Below, one piece after another: positions 24,976-38,437 of a stretch of DNA of 64,000 nucleotides. The stretch's first letter is position 1; the number at the start of each line of letters is the position of its first letter. Made by a program: the position numbers and the translations under genes. The DNA is from Chiloscyllium plagiosum (taxonomy: Eukaryota). The DNA lies in the NCBI RefSeq assembly GCF_004010195.1, contig NC_057734.1:23303423-23367422 (forward strand). The letters run 5' to 3'. Below the pieces are notes generated by a model. That model had not been told where the DNA came from. It saw only the letters and a list, made by a program, of their open reading frames with translations, and searched no databases.

Positions 24976-27499
24976 CCTTTTACTTAACCCGGTTTCTGTA
25001 TCTGCACCTGCTACTAGTTCTGCTCAGCTTTATTCAGAATTTTCTGTTTTTTATTCCAGTTATGATAGATATTCTTTGATCAAATTGGTAAAATTGTAAT
25101 AAGTGCACAAAATGAATTTGTTGCTTCACAAATTGTTACAATAGGTACAGCCATCTACTTTCTTCAGAATATCGTTTTAAGTTAGTTGCAGGTGTTTTAA
25201 ACAGTGAAAATACTTTTAAGGTTCTTTTGAACACATTAACCAACAAATATTTAAATCTTTGCTGCTTATTAGCAAGCCTCAGGAAATACAAACATAAATA
25301 ACAATGTTTGCCAGTTCTCCCATTATCTTAACACAAGTACTGCATGGGCCACTGTCTCAAATGAAATTGGCTAATTTGACATAGAATATGGATCAAAGTG
25401 AAACCTTCCTGGTCCCTGTGGCTTATCAACTATCTACTGTTTGCCCTAACAATTGAGTCATTGAGGGAGCTGTGACTAGAAATATACTCCATAGCATTTC
25501 AAAATTATGTTTGAACAAATGTCAAGAGCCAACCACTATGTACACATCATTATAAATATTTACAGCTTGGAGAGTTGTTATAAACACAACTAATTATACC
25601 GTAAAGCACAATTCCCAATAGAACTCTACTGAATCAAAATATACTCTTGACTTTTTCAGGATACCATTTAAATGACTTATCTCTACCAAAAAACTAAGGA
25701 TATATTTGTTTAAACTTGGATTGTTTTTGCTAGAGTGTCGGAGGGTGAGGGGTAACATGATAGAAGTATGTAAAATGATGAGAGGCATTGATAGAGTGGA
25801 TAGTCAGAGTTTATTTTCCAAGATGGAAATATTAAATACCAGCTAAGGTGAGAGTGGGAAAATTTAAAGAAGATGTGCGAAGCAAGTTTTTTTACACACA
25901 GAGGGCAGTGAGTTCCTGGATTGAGCTGCCAGGGGAGCTGGTAGAACCAGGTACGATAGCAACATTTCGGAGGCATTTGGACAGACACATGAACAGGCAG
26001 GGAATAGAGGGATATGGAGCATGTGCAAGCAGATGGGATTAGTTTAGAATGGCCTCATGGTTGACATGATGAGCCTAAGCTGAAAATGTGTTGCTGGAAA
26101 AGCGCAGCAGGTCAGGCAGCATCCAAGGAACAGGAGAATCGATGTTTCGGGCGTTTCTGTGCTGTACTGTTCTATGTTCTATATTGTAGAGCATGTACTC
26201 TGGGATTCTGAAGATAAATATTACAAGCATGAAGATGACAAATGTCACAATCACATTTTTAAATACCACTTAATTTATGATATAAGTAAATTTATTGTAA
26301 CCACTAAATAATTTAAACCAGAATTATTGACTATACCAGCTCTCAATAATGCTTCTCCTAATATGTGTGTGACCATAAAGTGTGCGTAATTACTAAAGTT
26401 GGGAGGCACATGTGTAACAGTTATTTAACACAGGTTTGTGCATGTCACAGCTGGATCACACATGTTCTTGTTCCACTGAATAAAAAACAATCTACCTATT
26501 GCCTGAATTGGACTCAACAAAGAACCTTGGCAAGACCAGGTCATGGAACCCAACACAAATGTGAAAACCTTTTGCAAAAACAGATTAAAAGAAAGGCACA
26601 CATGCAGATAGACAGCACCTGTATTTGTAACACAAGATCAGAAACTTACTCTAATTATTGCTACTTCATTGCCCCAATGAGTTTTACTTACTCATGGAGT
26701 GGAGGCATTATTGGCTATGTATCCTACCTTTGTTGGCAGAGATAAGTCAGTTAAAAAGTATTATTGCCCTAAAGAAGATGGTGGTGAGCTGTCTTCTTGA
26801 ACTGCTACCCATTGATAGCACTTTAAAACATTTAACTTAAGAGATTATACATTTTTCTCATAAAAATGACGAATGGGAAACAGTCTGAGAGTTACATGGG
26901 GACAGCAATTTGAATAGGTTTTCAGGACAACATTCAATTTACAATTTTTTTTGTGATCTCTGATTTGTTGCCACTTTATTCCACGAACAAGCATCACTAA
27001 GTTAATTCATTTTGACAGTGCTGATTTTGTGGTTATCATGTTTGCATCATGTCAACCTATAAAATTACCAGTCAAATCAAAGTAAAGTGCTGCAAATCTG
27101 AAATAAAATAATGTGCCAGCAATACTCAGCAGGTCTGGCAGCATCTGTGGAAAGAGAAATAGAGTTAACATTTTGGGCTCCAAATGTCTATTCCATTATC
27201 TATTTCTGGTCACAAAGGTACAAAGAAGACACTTCAATAAAAGCAAAATGTTGGAAATCTGAAACAACAAAGAAAATATTGTAGCAACACAGCAGGTCTG
27301 GCAGCATCTGTGAATAAACAGAGTTAATGTTTCAAGTTCAAGGTGACTCCTCCTCAGAACAAATACTTCAATGTTGGAGGAAGTTATAAGAATTGCCACA
27401 AAGATCATGCCTATTTAGAGGCTGAATTATGAGAAAAGACTGCAGTCTTTTCTCATAATTCAACCTTGAAAGATGGAAATGAAGAAGGTATCGTATAAA

Positions 27500-27815
27500 G
27501 TGGGCAGCATGGTGGTTCGGTGGTTAGCACTGCTGCCTCACAGCATCAGGGACCCAGATTCAATTCCAGCCTTGGGCAACTGTCTGTGTGGAGTTTGCAC
27601 ATTCTCCCTGTGTCTGCTCGGGTTTCTGCCGGGTGCTCTGGTTTTCTCGCACAGTCCAAAGACATGCAGTTAGATGGAATTACCATGGTAAATTGCTCCA
27701 TAGTGTCCATGAATGTGCAGGCTAGGTGAGTTAGCCATGATAAATGTAGGGGTAGGATGGGATGCTCTCGGAGGGTTGTTGAGACTTGATGGACCCTGTG
27801 GGAATTCTATGATTC
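27500..27815 (+). mobile_element. HE1/V-SINE-like SINE (older)
   Basis: A/B box head gtggttagcactgctgcctcacagc...attcaattcc. Confidence 0.8.
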
Positions 27816-28366
27816 TAAAGGGTGTGTAAGATAGTAAATTATCTGAAAAAAATGTAAATCTGCAAAAAGAAATGCTTTGAACAAATTATGTAGAATAGCA
27901 TTAGCAGTTATGGGTTCAAATTAGTAGAAAATGTGAAGTCTCAGACTTTATAGAATCCCCACAGTATGGAAACAGGCCATTTGGTCTATTGATTCCACAA
28001 TATTGGTAACCTTGTATTTACCATGGTTAACCTACCTAGCCTGCCCATCCCTGGACACGATGGTCAATTTAGTATAGCCAATCTACCTGCACATCTTTGG
28101 ACTTGTTTGCCTAGAATTTAAAGTTATGAATTCATAAATTGGGCCTTCAGTGAGTAATAGGGGTGAAAACTTTCTCCTCTTTTTTAAAATAGTTACTCTG
28201 AGGATTAAGTGTCGGGCCTTTCCAGCTAAGTGGCCTTCCTAATCTGATATGTTAGCTACGTTGAGAGGCTTGATAGGCTTGAATTGTTTTCTTTAGTGCA
28301 AAGATAGCAGAGAGGAAATCTGATTGAGTTTTATGAGATGATGAGAGGCATAGACAATGTATTGAT

Positions 28367-28572
28367 TGTAATGGAATATGAATTCCCTGATTAGGGCTGT
28401 TAATCTGGGACAACCATAGAGCCCTGGCTGATAAGTTTAAAAAAAAGAGTGTCTGACAGTCTGATCACTCTGAGAACTGGCTCTGAGGGAGCTGGATGAG
28501 TATCAAGGACTTTCCACATGTCAATAAAGGGTGACTTGGTGATGGGATACCAGTCTCTCTAGAATTATTTTA
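28367..28572 (+). mobile_element. Possible short solo LTR
   Basis: Starts TGT, has AATAAA near the 3' end and interrupts a CR1 3' fragment. No second copy in the window. Confidence 0.4.
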
Positions 28573-28577
28573 GATAG

Positions 28578-29720
28578 GTTTTTTTTCATTTGTGGGACAT
28601 GGGCATCGCTGACTGGGCCAGCATTTATTACTTAGTTACCCTTGATAAAGTGGCAGTGAGCTGCCTTCTCAAACCACTGCAGCCTATGTGTTGTAGGTAG
28701 CCTCACAATGCCTTTAAGGAGAGAGTTCCAAGATTTTGACGCAGCAATACTGAGGGAACCGCGATACGTTTCCAAATCAGGATGGTAAGTGGCTTGGAGT
28801 TGACCTTGCAGGTGGTGGTGTACCCAGGTATTTGCTACCTTTCTCCTTCTAGATGGTAGTGGTCGTGGGTTTGAAAGGTGCTGTCTCAGGATGTTTGATG
28901 AATTCCTGCTGTGCATCTTGTAGATAGTAGCAGTAGTGTGTACTGTGCATCTGTGGTGGAGGGAGGGATGCTTGTGAATGTGATGCCAATCAAGTTGCTT
29001 TGACCTCGATGGTGTCAAGCTTCTTGAATGTTGTTGGAGCTGTATTCATCTAGGCAAGTGGGGAATATTCCATTACACTCCTGACTTGTGACTTGTAGAT
29101 GGTGGACAGGCTTTGGGGAGTCAGGTAAGTTACTCACTGCAGTATTCTTTGTATCTGACCTCTTTGTGTAGTCACCGTGTTCATGTGGTGAATCCATTCA
29201 ATTTCTGGTCAATGGTAACTCCAAGGATGTTGATCGTGGTGGATTCAGTGATGATAACACCATTGAATTTCAAGAGGTAGTGGTTAGACTGTCTTTTATT
29301 AGAATTGGTCATTGCCTGGCATTTGTGTGGGGTGAATATTATTTACCACTTGTCAGCGCAAGACTAGATACTGTCCAGACCTTGTTGCATTTGAACATGC
29401 GCTGCTCCAGTATTTGAGGAGTCATGCATAGTACTAAACATTGTTCGCTGACAGTTGCACATCCCCACCTTCCGAAAAAGGGGAGGTTATTGATGAAACA
29501 GCTGAAGATGGTTGGGCCTAGGTCATTACGCTGAGATGTCCTGGATGCTGAAATTTCTGACTGCTAACAAACACAACTATCTTTCTATGTGCCAGGTGTG
29601 ACTCCAGCAAGTGGAAAGTTTGCCTTCTGAAACATGGATTCCAGTTTTGCTAGGGCTCCTTGATGCTACAGTTTGTCAAATGCAGCCTTGATATCAACTG
29701 CTGTCATTCTCACCTACCCA
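28578..29720 (-). mobile_element. Same LINE family as 40720-42780, nested within an old CR1 3' end (~28260-30025)
   Basis: Reverse-complement homology to 41500-42780. A poly-T/A tail end at ~28578. Confidence 0.78.
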
Positions 29721-31437
29721 TAGCTGGATAGGAAGCAGCTGCACCTCTTAGGTGAAGGATCAACAATGAGGGGACATAATTTTCAGGTAAATGATAAGTG
29801 GTTTAGAGGGAATTTCTTTCAGCCGGAGGGTGATAGGAATCTGGAATTCACTGCCTCGGAAGTCAGTAGATATGGCAAACCTCACAATCTTTTAAAAATT
29901 ATATGATTGAGCACTTGAAATGTTATAACATTCGAGACTATGGGCCAAGTACTCGCAAATGGGATTAGTTAGGTAGGTCAGTGCAGACTTGATGGGCCTC
30001 TTCTGTGCTCTATGACTCTATGATATGTATCCTGTGATGTCTTGTCAAGCCATGTGCTTTGTTTTCATTTAACAAGGTCAGAAGAAATGCCCGAGACCTA
30101 ATGGGACCAGGAGGCCCAAGTTCAAATCCTCAGTTCCAGAGATGTGTCAGTAAAAGTGTGGTCTTGGACTCTGTGTATGAATACAGTTATTGTCTACTGT
30201 ATAACAATGTTTACTAAAACACTAAACACCATTCTCAGAAAGCGGTCCTCTGACATGTGGGATTAGTCCTGTGTCCCTTCTCTGTTTGGATGTTTCTCTC
30301 CCACCTTTCTGACCAGAACTAAACACAATCTTCAATATAAGGTACAAGTGGAGTATGTTAGGCAAAATTTTAGCTCCATATTTACAATATATTAATTTAG
30401 CAGCATTATTCAATATTTTGTTTGCTTTCTTGGTTGCTGCTCTGCAAATGATTGGATATTGTAAATTGTTGACTCTCATATCACTGTTAGATCTTAATCA
30501 TTCTTTCTCCCAGCTAGCCAATATGTATTTTTAAGGAAAGTGTAGCACAGCATCTCGTCAGTCTAATGCTAACTTTTCAATCTCATATTTCATCTTTTTG
30601 TGCCAAACCCACCAAGAATTTCCCATCAGTTTCCTTCTTCCTTTTTTAAAATTAATTTCTTGTTCACCTTCAAGATTTCCCTAAGACACTCAGCCCTTTA
30701 AGCTGATGTAGCACTATTCCACTCATAGTTCCATAAAGAACTATTCATTTGGATTTCTGAAAGGATGGTACTACTCAGTATCACAGGACTTTACACTGTC
30801 CATTTTGGATATGTCACAAGGTTTCAAGTGGAAGGATTGCTTCTAGATGAACAGATCTGGACACACAAACTATTTCGCTTAATCATTCTCTTGAAAATAG
30901 TCATTTCATTATTCAAAGTTTTCAGATCACTAAATAACATTTGATGACATTTAATTAAATGTCACAAAATTTATCCCTGGAAGTTAAATCTCTCAACACT
31001 ATTTTAATGCAGCGTAAGATCAACAACAGCCTGTGAACAGAGATGGTATAACTATAAAAGAAACAGACAATCTTGGTTCAGTACTTCCAAAATACTTGAG
31101 TGATTTTCAAAAACATTCTTCAGAGAAAAAACAAATCAACACCTTAAAAAGAAAACCATTACTGAAAACAGCAGCAACAGGACAATGCAAGTAAGTGTAG
31201 ATCTTGGGCATATTCTCATTGAGTATTACCTCAATTAATGAAAAATAAGACACTTCTATTAGGTGAAATTGAGGCACAAAAATAAGTTGTTAAATTGTTT
31301 AAAAGGAAGTAAACATTTGTTGACATTCTGTATGCATGGGGCACTATCACTGTGTAATAGTTGTTTCCAGCATGAATTCTATTGAGCATTGTTGGTATTT
31401 TCTGGAGAAAAGCCAAAGAACAACAACTTGTCCCTTA

Positions 31438-31803
<366 letters not shown>

Positions 31804-31914
31804 CTACAAGAAATAGAAAATAATTAGGTTAAGAAAGTTGATTCAACAGTTTTAAACAAATATCCCTTTAAGTCCTAATTTAGTGTAAATGTAATATTGT
31901 TTACAAGTTTTGAG

Positions 31915-32180
31915 AAGACACGCATGAGACTTCCTAGAAGTATGGCATTTTAACCGGAACTCTATCAACAAGTCAACACATTGACTTGGACCCAATTTAC
32001 CACCCCCTGAGAAAAAGAACAGGAAATGACATCGCCAACCCAAAGAAACCCAAACATATAAATAGAAAACAGGAATCACCAGCAATGCTTCATCCGGAGG
32101 CTCACTGAAGATTTTACCTAGTATGGTGATGAAACATCTGACCACAAACCTTCCAGCTCAGCCAGCAAACCTAAAGCCAG
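31915..32180 (+). mobile_element. PLE 3' fragment (same family as 7441-8202)
   Basis: DFLEVWH..SINK remnant. ctgaaga-ttttacctagtatggtgat-gaaacatc hammerhead-like core at ~32105-32140. Confidence 0.7.
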
Positions 32181-33344
32181 AGTATAGTTTACTTTGTCCT
32201 AACCTTATAAGACATCTGCTATCAGATTAAAAATATTTTTAACAGGACATGATGCACAGAATGATCTGCAAATTGTATTCAACCAACAGTCCACATACAT
32301 AGCAGTGATATTTAATATGTTGGCAGTTGCTGCTGAGATAATTGACAAAATTTTACGTGAACAGTGATAATCAATGTTCATAGTTTGTCAATAGTCCTAG
32401 ATTACTAGTACTACACATGAGAACACAAATATCTGCACAATTGCCATTAGTACTAATACTATTTTTATTTCATAAATGGAAGAATTAGGCATGGAATTCA
32501 ATTTAATGGTATTTTTAAAAATTACTTCCCAAAGTTAGTAGATGTTTTGCTAACAATAGGATTTAATAAAACTAATGGCAAAGGAAAATGCAAGTACCTC
32601 CAACCTTGCTTTATATGCAAAAATTGCAACCATACTAATTGCTTTCTGTCTATAAAACTGGAGTAGAATGTCATATTGGAATAACCACAATTCTCTAGCC
32701 TCAATTAAGAACAAAACTAACTACTGGATAAAAACAAATCATCTGGCCATTTCTGCATCTGTGTCAGCACTTAAAAAGATTCTTCTTTACATTGTTTTTT
32801 TTCTGGGGGAATTCAGTGGGAAGGAAGGATGAGAAAATAAATTATAGAAGGTTGTTGTTCATAACTCATAGTCAGACAAGTTGAAGTGGTTGTTTGGGGC
32901 TGACAAAGAGGAGAAAGGACTATATTTGGTAGCAGTGTCCTCTATAGTTAAAAAAAACTGCTGACACAAGGAAAGAGTCAGTTGGACAAGAATCAACAGT
33001 TGCAACAAGGAGTTGGCATGTTCGAGGGCCTTCTTGAGATTCAACTACTAGGGGGCACAGATTTAAAGCGAGGGGTGGACGTTTAAAGGAGAAATGTGAG
33101 GCAAGGTTTTTTTTAAACACAGAGGGTGGTGGGTGCCTGGAATGCACTACCATGGTAAGTGGTTTAAGAGGTATTTAAATAGACACATGAACGGGCAGGA
33201 AATAGAGGGATACAGGCTGATGAGAACAGTTCAGAATAGCATCATAGTCGGCACAGAGATGTTGAGCCAAAGGGCTTGTTTCTGTGTGGTACTGTTCGAT
33301 GTTCTGTCTTCTGGTGTCAAGAAAGCTGGACCAAAAACAGTATC

Positions 33345-36202
33345 GTTGTGGTTCTGTTCGCTGAGCTGGGAATTTGTGTTGCAAACGTTTCGTCCCCTGT
33401 CTAGGTGACATCCTCAGTGCTTGGAAGCCTCCTGTGAAGCCCTTCTGTGATGTTTTCTCTGGCATTTATAGTGGTTTGTCTCTGCCGTTTCCGGTTGTCA
33501 GTTCCAGCTGTCCGCTGCAGTGAAGAAGGGCTCATGCCTGAAACATCGATTCTCCTGCTCCTTGGATGCTACCTGACCTGCTGCGCTTTTCCAGCAACAC
33601 ATTTTCAGCTCTTGTCCTATAATAGTAGTGTTGTCACAATTGAACTTATGTTGCTTGTCACCTGCGTGTGTGGCTACTAAGGATAGCTGATCGTGTCGTT
33701 TCGTAGCTAGTTGGTGTTCATGGATATGGATCGTTAGCTGTCTTCCGGTTTGTCCTACGTAGTGCTTTATGCAGTCCTTGCATGGGATTTTGTACACAAT
33801 GATGGTTTTGCTCATGCTGGGTATCGGGTCCTTTGTCCTGGTGAGTTGTTGTCTGAGAGTGGCTGTTGGTTTGTGTGCTGTTATGAGTCCTAGTGGTCGT
33901 AGTAGTCTGGCTGTCAGTTCAGAAATGTTCTTGATGTATGGTAACGTGGCTAGTCCTTTGGGTTGTGGCATGTTCTCATTCGTTGTCTTTCCCTTAGGCA
34001 TCTGTTGATGAAATTGCGAGGGGAACCGTTTTTGGCGAATACATTGTAGAGGTGTTCTTCTTCCTCTTTTTGCAGTTCTGGTGTACTGCAGTGTGTTGTG
34101 GCCTTTTTGAACAGTGTCTTGATGCAACTTCTTTTGTGTGTGTTGGGGTGGTTGCTTTCGTAGTTCAGGACTACTGTAGTCTGTGTGTGTGGCTTCCCTG
34201 TATACCTTTGTGGTGAATTTTCCATTCGGTGTTCTCTGTACCATCACGTCTAGGAATGGGAGTTGGTTGTCCTTTTCTTCCTCTCCAGTGAATCTGATTC
34301 CTGTGAGTGTGGCATTGATGATCCGGTGTGTGTTTTCTATTACTGTGTTTTTAATGATTACAAAGGTGTCATCTACATATCTGACCCAGAGTTTGGGTTG
34401 AATTTGCAGTAAGGCTGTTTGTTCTAATCTTTGCATTACAGCTTCTGCTATGAGTCCAGAGATGGGTGAGTCCATGAGTGTGCCGTTGATTTGTTCATAT
34501 ATTTGGTTGTTGAATGTGAAGTGTGTGAGGCACAGGTCCAGTAGTTTGAGTATGCAGTCTTTGTTGATAGGTTCCCTGTCTTGTTGTCTGTTCTGTATGT
34601 CCAGCAGGTTGGCTATTGTTTCTCTGGCAAGGGTTTTATCGATACAGCCGTTACATCGAATGAGACCATAGTTTCTTCCTTATCTATATGTATATTTCTG
34701 ATGATGTCCAAGAATTCCTGTGTTGACTGTATAGAGTGTCTGGATCCACTGATCAGGTGTTTCAGTTTCTGTTGTCATTCTTTAGCCAGTTTGTGTGATG
34801 GTGTCCCTGGTTGCGATACGGTGGGTCTGAGTGGGATGTCTGGTTTGTGCACTTTAGGTAGTCCATAGAATCTGGGGTGGTGTTGCTTTCAGGTTTCATT
34901 CTCTGTAGGTCAAACCTGGTTATTTGTCTGTTTTTTTGCAGGTTTCTCAGTGTGTTGTTTATCCTATTGGTGAGCTGTGGAGTGGGGTCAAACTCTCTCT
35001 TTAGGTAGGTGTTGGTATCTGCAAGTAGTTGTTGCGCTTTCTGGATGTACTCTGCTTTCTGGATGTACTCTGCTTTGTCCAGGATGACCATCATTCTGCC
35101 TGTGTCTGCTGGTAGTATGATTATGTTCTTATCATTTCTTAGTGTTTTTAGTGCTTCCCTCTTCTTGGTGTTGAGGTTGTGTATTTGTCTTTTCCTTGTT
35201 ATCAGGGGTACAATATTTTGTCTCACTGTTTGTTGTGTCTCTTCTGTCAGTCCATTGATTTTTGAGTGTGCATTCTAGTGCTGCTAGGAAGTCTGCTGTC
35301 TTGGTGTCCATGTGGTTATAGTCGAGTCCCTTGGCCAGTATTGTTCCTTCCATGTCTGTGAGCTGTCTGTGGGAGAGGTTTCTAACCCAGGTATGTGTTG
35401 TGGTGTCCTCTCTGTTGTGTGTTAGTTTGGCCATTTTTTCTTTTAGCGCCGTTATTTTGCGGTGTGTGGTCCTTTTCTGTCCTATGGTGACAGCCTGTTC
35501 TATGGTCCGGGTCCATTCCTGATTGGTGATTTTTGAAATTAATAATTTTTGGTGTGCAATTTCTTGTATGTATTTGTGTAGTCTGTTGTGTGCATCTGTA
35601 ATCATTACCTGGATCATCCTGAATCCGTTCTGTCTGGCTGTGTCTCGGGCTTGTGGGTTGTTGACTGGTGGTCTGTATCTGACACATGGTGGAAGGATTC
35701 GATTCTTTTGGCATTCGTGCAAGAACTGGAGTTGTTCGTATGTGGCACTTAGGCAGTTGGCACAGGATTCCCATTTCCTGGATTGTCTTAGCATCTCTCG
35801 CTCGTAGGTGTTCAAAGTTTGTGAGAAGATTTGTAGCTCGGGTGTTCGTTGTTGCGGTTCTGTTCGCCGAGCTGGGAATTTGTGTTGCAGACATTTCGTC
35901 CCCTGTCTAGGTGACATCCTCGGTGCTTGGGAGCCTCCTGTGAAGCGCTTCTGTGATGTTCTATCAACAAATACATCGACCTGGACCCAATATACAGACC
36001 ACTGCAGCGGACAACTGGAAGCGGCAGAGACAAACCACTATAAATGCTGGAGGAAACATCACAGAAGTGCTTCACAGGAGACTCCCAAGCACTGAGGATG
36101 TCACCTAGACAGGGGACGAAATGTCTACAACACAAATTCTCAGCTCGGCGAACAGAACCACAACAACGAGCACGCGAGCTACAAATCTTCTCACAAACTT
36201 TG
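33345..36202 (-). mobile_element. Near-full-length Penelope-like element (RT + GIY-YIG endonuclease), frameshifted, with direct and inverted pseudo-LTRs
   Basis: RT motifs MDSPISGLIAEAVMQ, WVRYVDDTF and LPFLDV. GIY-YIG motif IVYKIPCKDC..HYVGQTGR. Terminal repeat at ~33345-33520 and ~35810-35950, inverted at ~35960-36202. TSD aaaaacartatc at 33333-33344 and 36203-36214. Confidence 0.93.
33381..33420 (-). ncRNA. Minimal hammerhead motif in the Penelope 3' pseudo-LTR (other copies at 35887-35926 -, 36089-36128 +)
   Basis: GCA-CUGAGGA-U-GUCACC/uagaca/GGGGAC-GAAA-C-GUU-UGC. Confidence 0.78.
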
Positions 36203-37719
36203 AAAAACAATATCTCCCAAGTCAATTTGCCCAGCATCAAGGCTCTAATCAATTAAAACTAGATCTATGGGGTAAGACATGTTGTTCGTAGGCCTAAAAC
36301 CAGACTCCTGAAGCAACTGTTTTACTCAGAAGTCAGTTATAAAAACATAGAAACATAGAAAAAGGCCATTCAGCCGTTTGAACCTGATCCACCATTCAAA
36401 TGAGACATGGTCGATCTGTGGCCTAAATCCATATACCTGCCTTTGGCCAATATCCTTTAATACCTTTGGTTAACAAAAGTATCTCAGATTTAAAATTGGC
36501 AATCAATTTAGCATCAACGACTGTTTGTAGAAGAGAGTTCCAAACCACTATCACCCTTCTTAACATCTCTCTTGAATAGGGTGGCCCTAATTTTTAGAAT
36601 CGCCAATCAGAGAAAATAGTTTATCTTTATCTATCCTGTCACAAAAGGAAGATTATGGAAATGCTTTAGGCTGTCCTTAAAACACCTTTGAAGAAGTCAA
36701 ACATCCCCATAAACCTGGCTTGTGTAGAGACCGAAATAGAGGAGACTCATTTGCAAAGTCACTGATCACATGCAGAAACCTCAGTGGGACTGTGCAGACA
36801 TTAAATCAAAGCTTCGGGTAAAAACCTCAATCATCCAAACAATTCCCCAGCCAGTCATTCAAACAGCACCAGCTTTGCCTCACATGTGGCAGATCCTGCA
36901 GATGGGTGCATTGGACTACTTGGACATTTCAGAACCCATGGTACCAGAATGGAAGCAAGTCATCATCAGTTCCAAGGGACTGCTCAAAAAGGAACAGCAT
37001 CGCAAGGGAGATTGGGGAGAAGCACTTTGAGGAGGTAGGGGTGGGGGTGAGGAAGGGAAAAGCACTTCAGAAGAGAGGAGGGAACCTGAAGCAGGAGGTG
37101 AGTGGAGGGTGAATCACCTCGAGAATGGGGAGAAGGGAGGGAAGAACACCCTCAGAGGACAAGAGTACGAGATGGGAAGCACCACCAGCAGATGAGTGTA
37201 TTGCAGAAGATGGAGAGTCACACGGCTTAATCTGCTTTCCAAACCCTCACAGCACCCCTGATCCAACTGAATCTGAATTATAAAGTTCTTTTTCCCCCAT
37301 ATTGGATAAACAATGAACTATTCAATTATTAGCACGAGGGCCCCCAGCCCAAGGTAAACCAAGAGAATGATAGATGCTGTAAATCAGAAACAAAAACAGA
37401 AACCAGGGTCACCTGGGGACCTTGCAGTCCACTGGATTCGATATCGAGTTCAATAATTTTAGGGCTTGAACTCCCCCATGTCCTCGTCCTCTACGACACA
37501 CACCAGGCCTTTTTAAATCGCATAGTCTGCCATTACACAGTACCTATTGTTAGCCACTAACAGTCTGCGTTAACAGCTATTCACCCTCCCAGCCAGATCG
37601 TTATCTACTTCTTTGATCTTCTCTATCTTTGGGCTCTATCCCCACCTATCGTTTACTCTTTATCTCCTCTCCCCACCCTATCTTCTTCATATAAACCGAC
37701 AATTTCCTAACTACCATCA

Positions 37720-37755
37720 GTTCTGAGGAAGGGTCACCACACCCGAAACTTTAAC
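37720..37755 (+). ncRNA. Minimal hammerhead motif in an old PLE 3' remnant (~37360-37820)
   Basis: GUU-CUGAGGA-A-GGGU/caccac/ACCC-GAAA-C-UUU-AAC. Confidence 0.6.
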
Positions 37756-37949
37756 TCTGACTTCTCTGCACAGAAGCTGCCAGATCGGCTGAGTTTTTCC
37801 AGCAACTTCTGTTTCTGTATATTACGGGGGGGGGGTGGTCGGGCGACAAGTAGCACACGAGTACTATCACTGGACATTCATTTTAGGAATGAAGGTCTAC
37901 ATTAAAGTTTTCCCGACTCCAAAGATATGTCTGAAGAGGTTGATCAAAC

Positions 37950-38380
37950 TCCATCACTGAGCCTGTACCTACCTGCACCGACCGTTAGCTACTCTCCGGC
38001 TGTTGACAACGTGCTGTCATGGACGCACGCAACGTAACCATAACGTACTCACGCGTTTACGTGCTTGATCGTCATAAGACGTAAGGAGTGTACCAGGCAA
38101 TCGAGGGATCAGAACAACAAAAACAAGACTTTACAGTTTAAACATAACAAAAGCAACATTATAACAAAAGTGAAGTATAATTAAAAGGTGATAAGCGGTG
38201 GAGACTGAATTAAATGTGTGGGAAGAACTTTACATAAGATACCCAACACTCATCCCACCTCCCCCCGTATGAGGAGGTGGATGGCGCAGGCCGTAGCCGC
38301 CATCTTGTTCAGGTCGAGTTTGTTCACGGAGCGGCGGCGGTGGGGGATTGAGATTCCCTATCCTGCTCGGTATTGACATC
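37950..38380. promoter_or_regulatory. Bidirectional CpG-rich promoter of CCDC157/SF3A1, with YY1-type motif GCCGCCATCTT (38296-38306)
   Basis: Clearest non-repeat CpG-enriched stretch in the window, lying between divergent 5' ends. CCGCCATNTT matches the YY1 consensus. X-box-like sequences at ~38000-38045. Confidence 0.75.
37973..38060 (-). other. CCDC157: Putative non-coding first exon of CCDC157 (5' boundary uncertain)
   Basis: CpG-rich segment ending in a strong donor CAG|GTAGGT on the - strand at 37973. The first coding exon has an acceptor, so an upstream exon is required. Confidence 0.55.
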
Positions 38381-38437
38381 ATGCCGGCCGGACCTGTGCA
38401 GGCATTGCCGCCGCCACCTCAGACCGAAAATAACCAG
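38381..38437 (+). CDS. SF3A1: SF3A1 coding exon 1 (MPAGPVQALPPPPQTENNQ)
   Basis: Matches the recalled SF3A1 N-terminus MPAGPVQAVPPPP. Donor CAG|GTGGGT, 57 nt. Confidence 0.93.
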
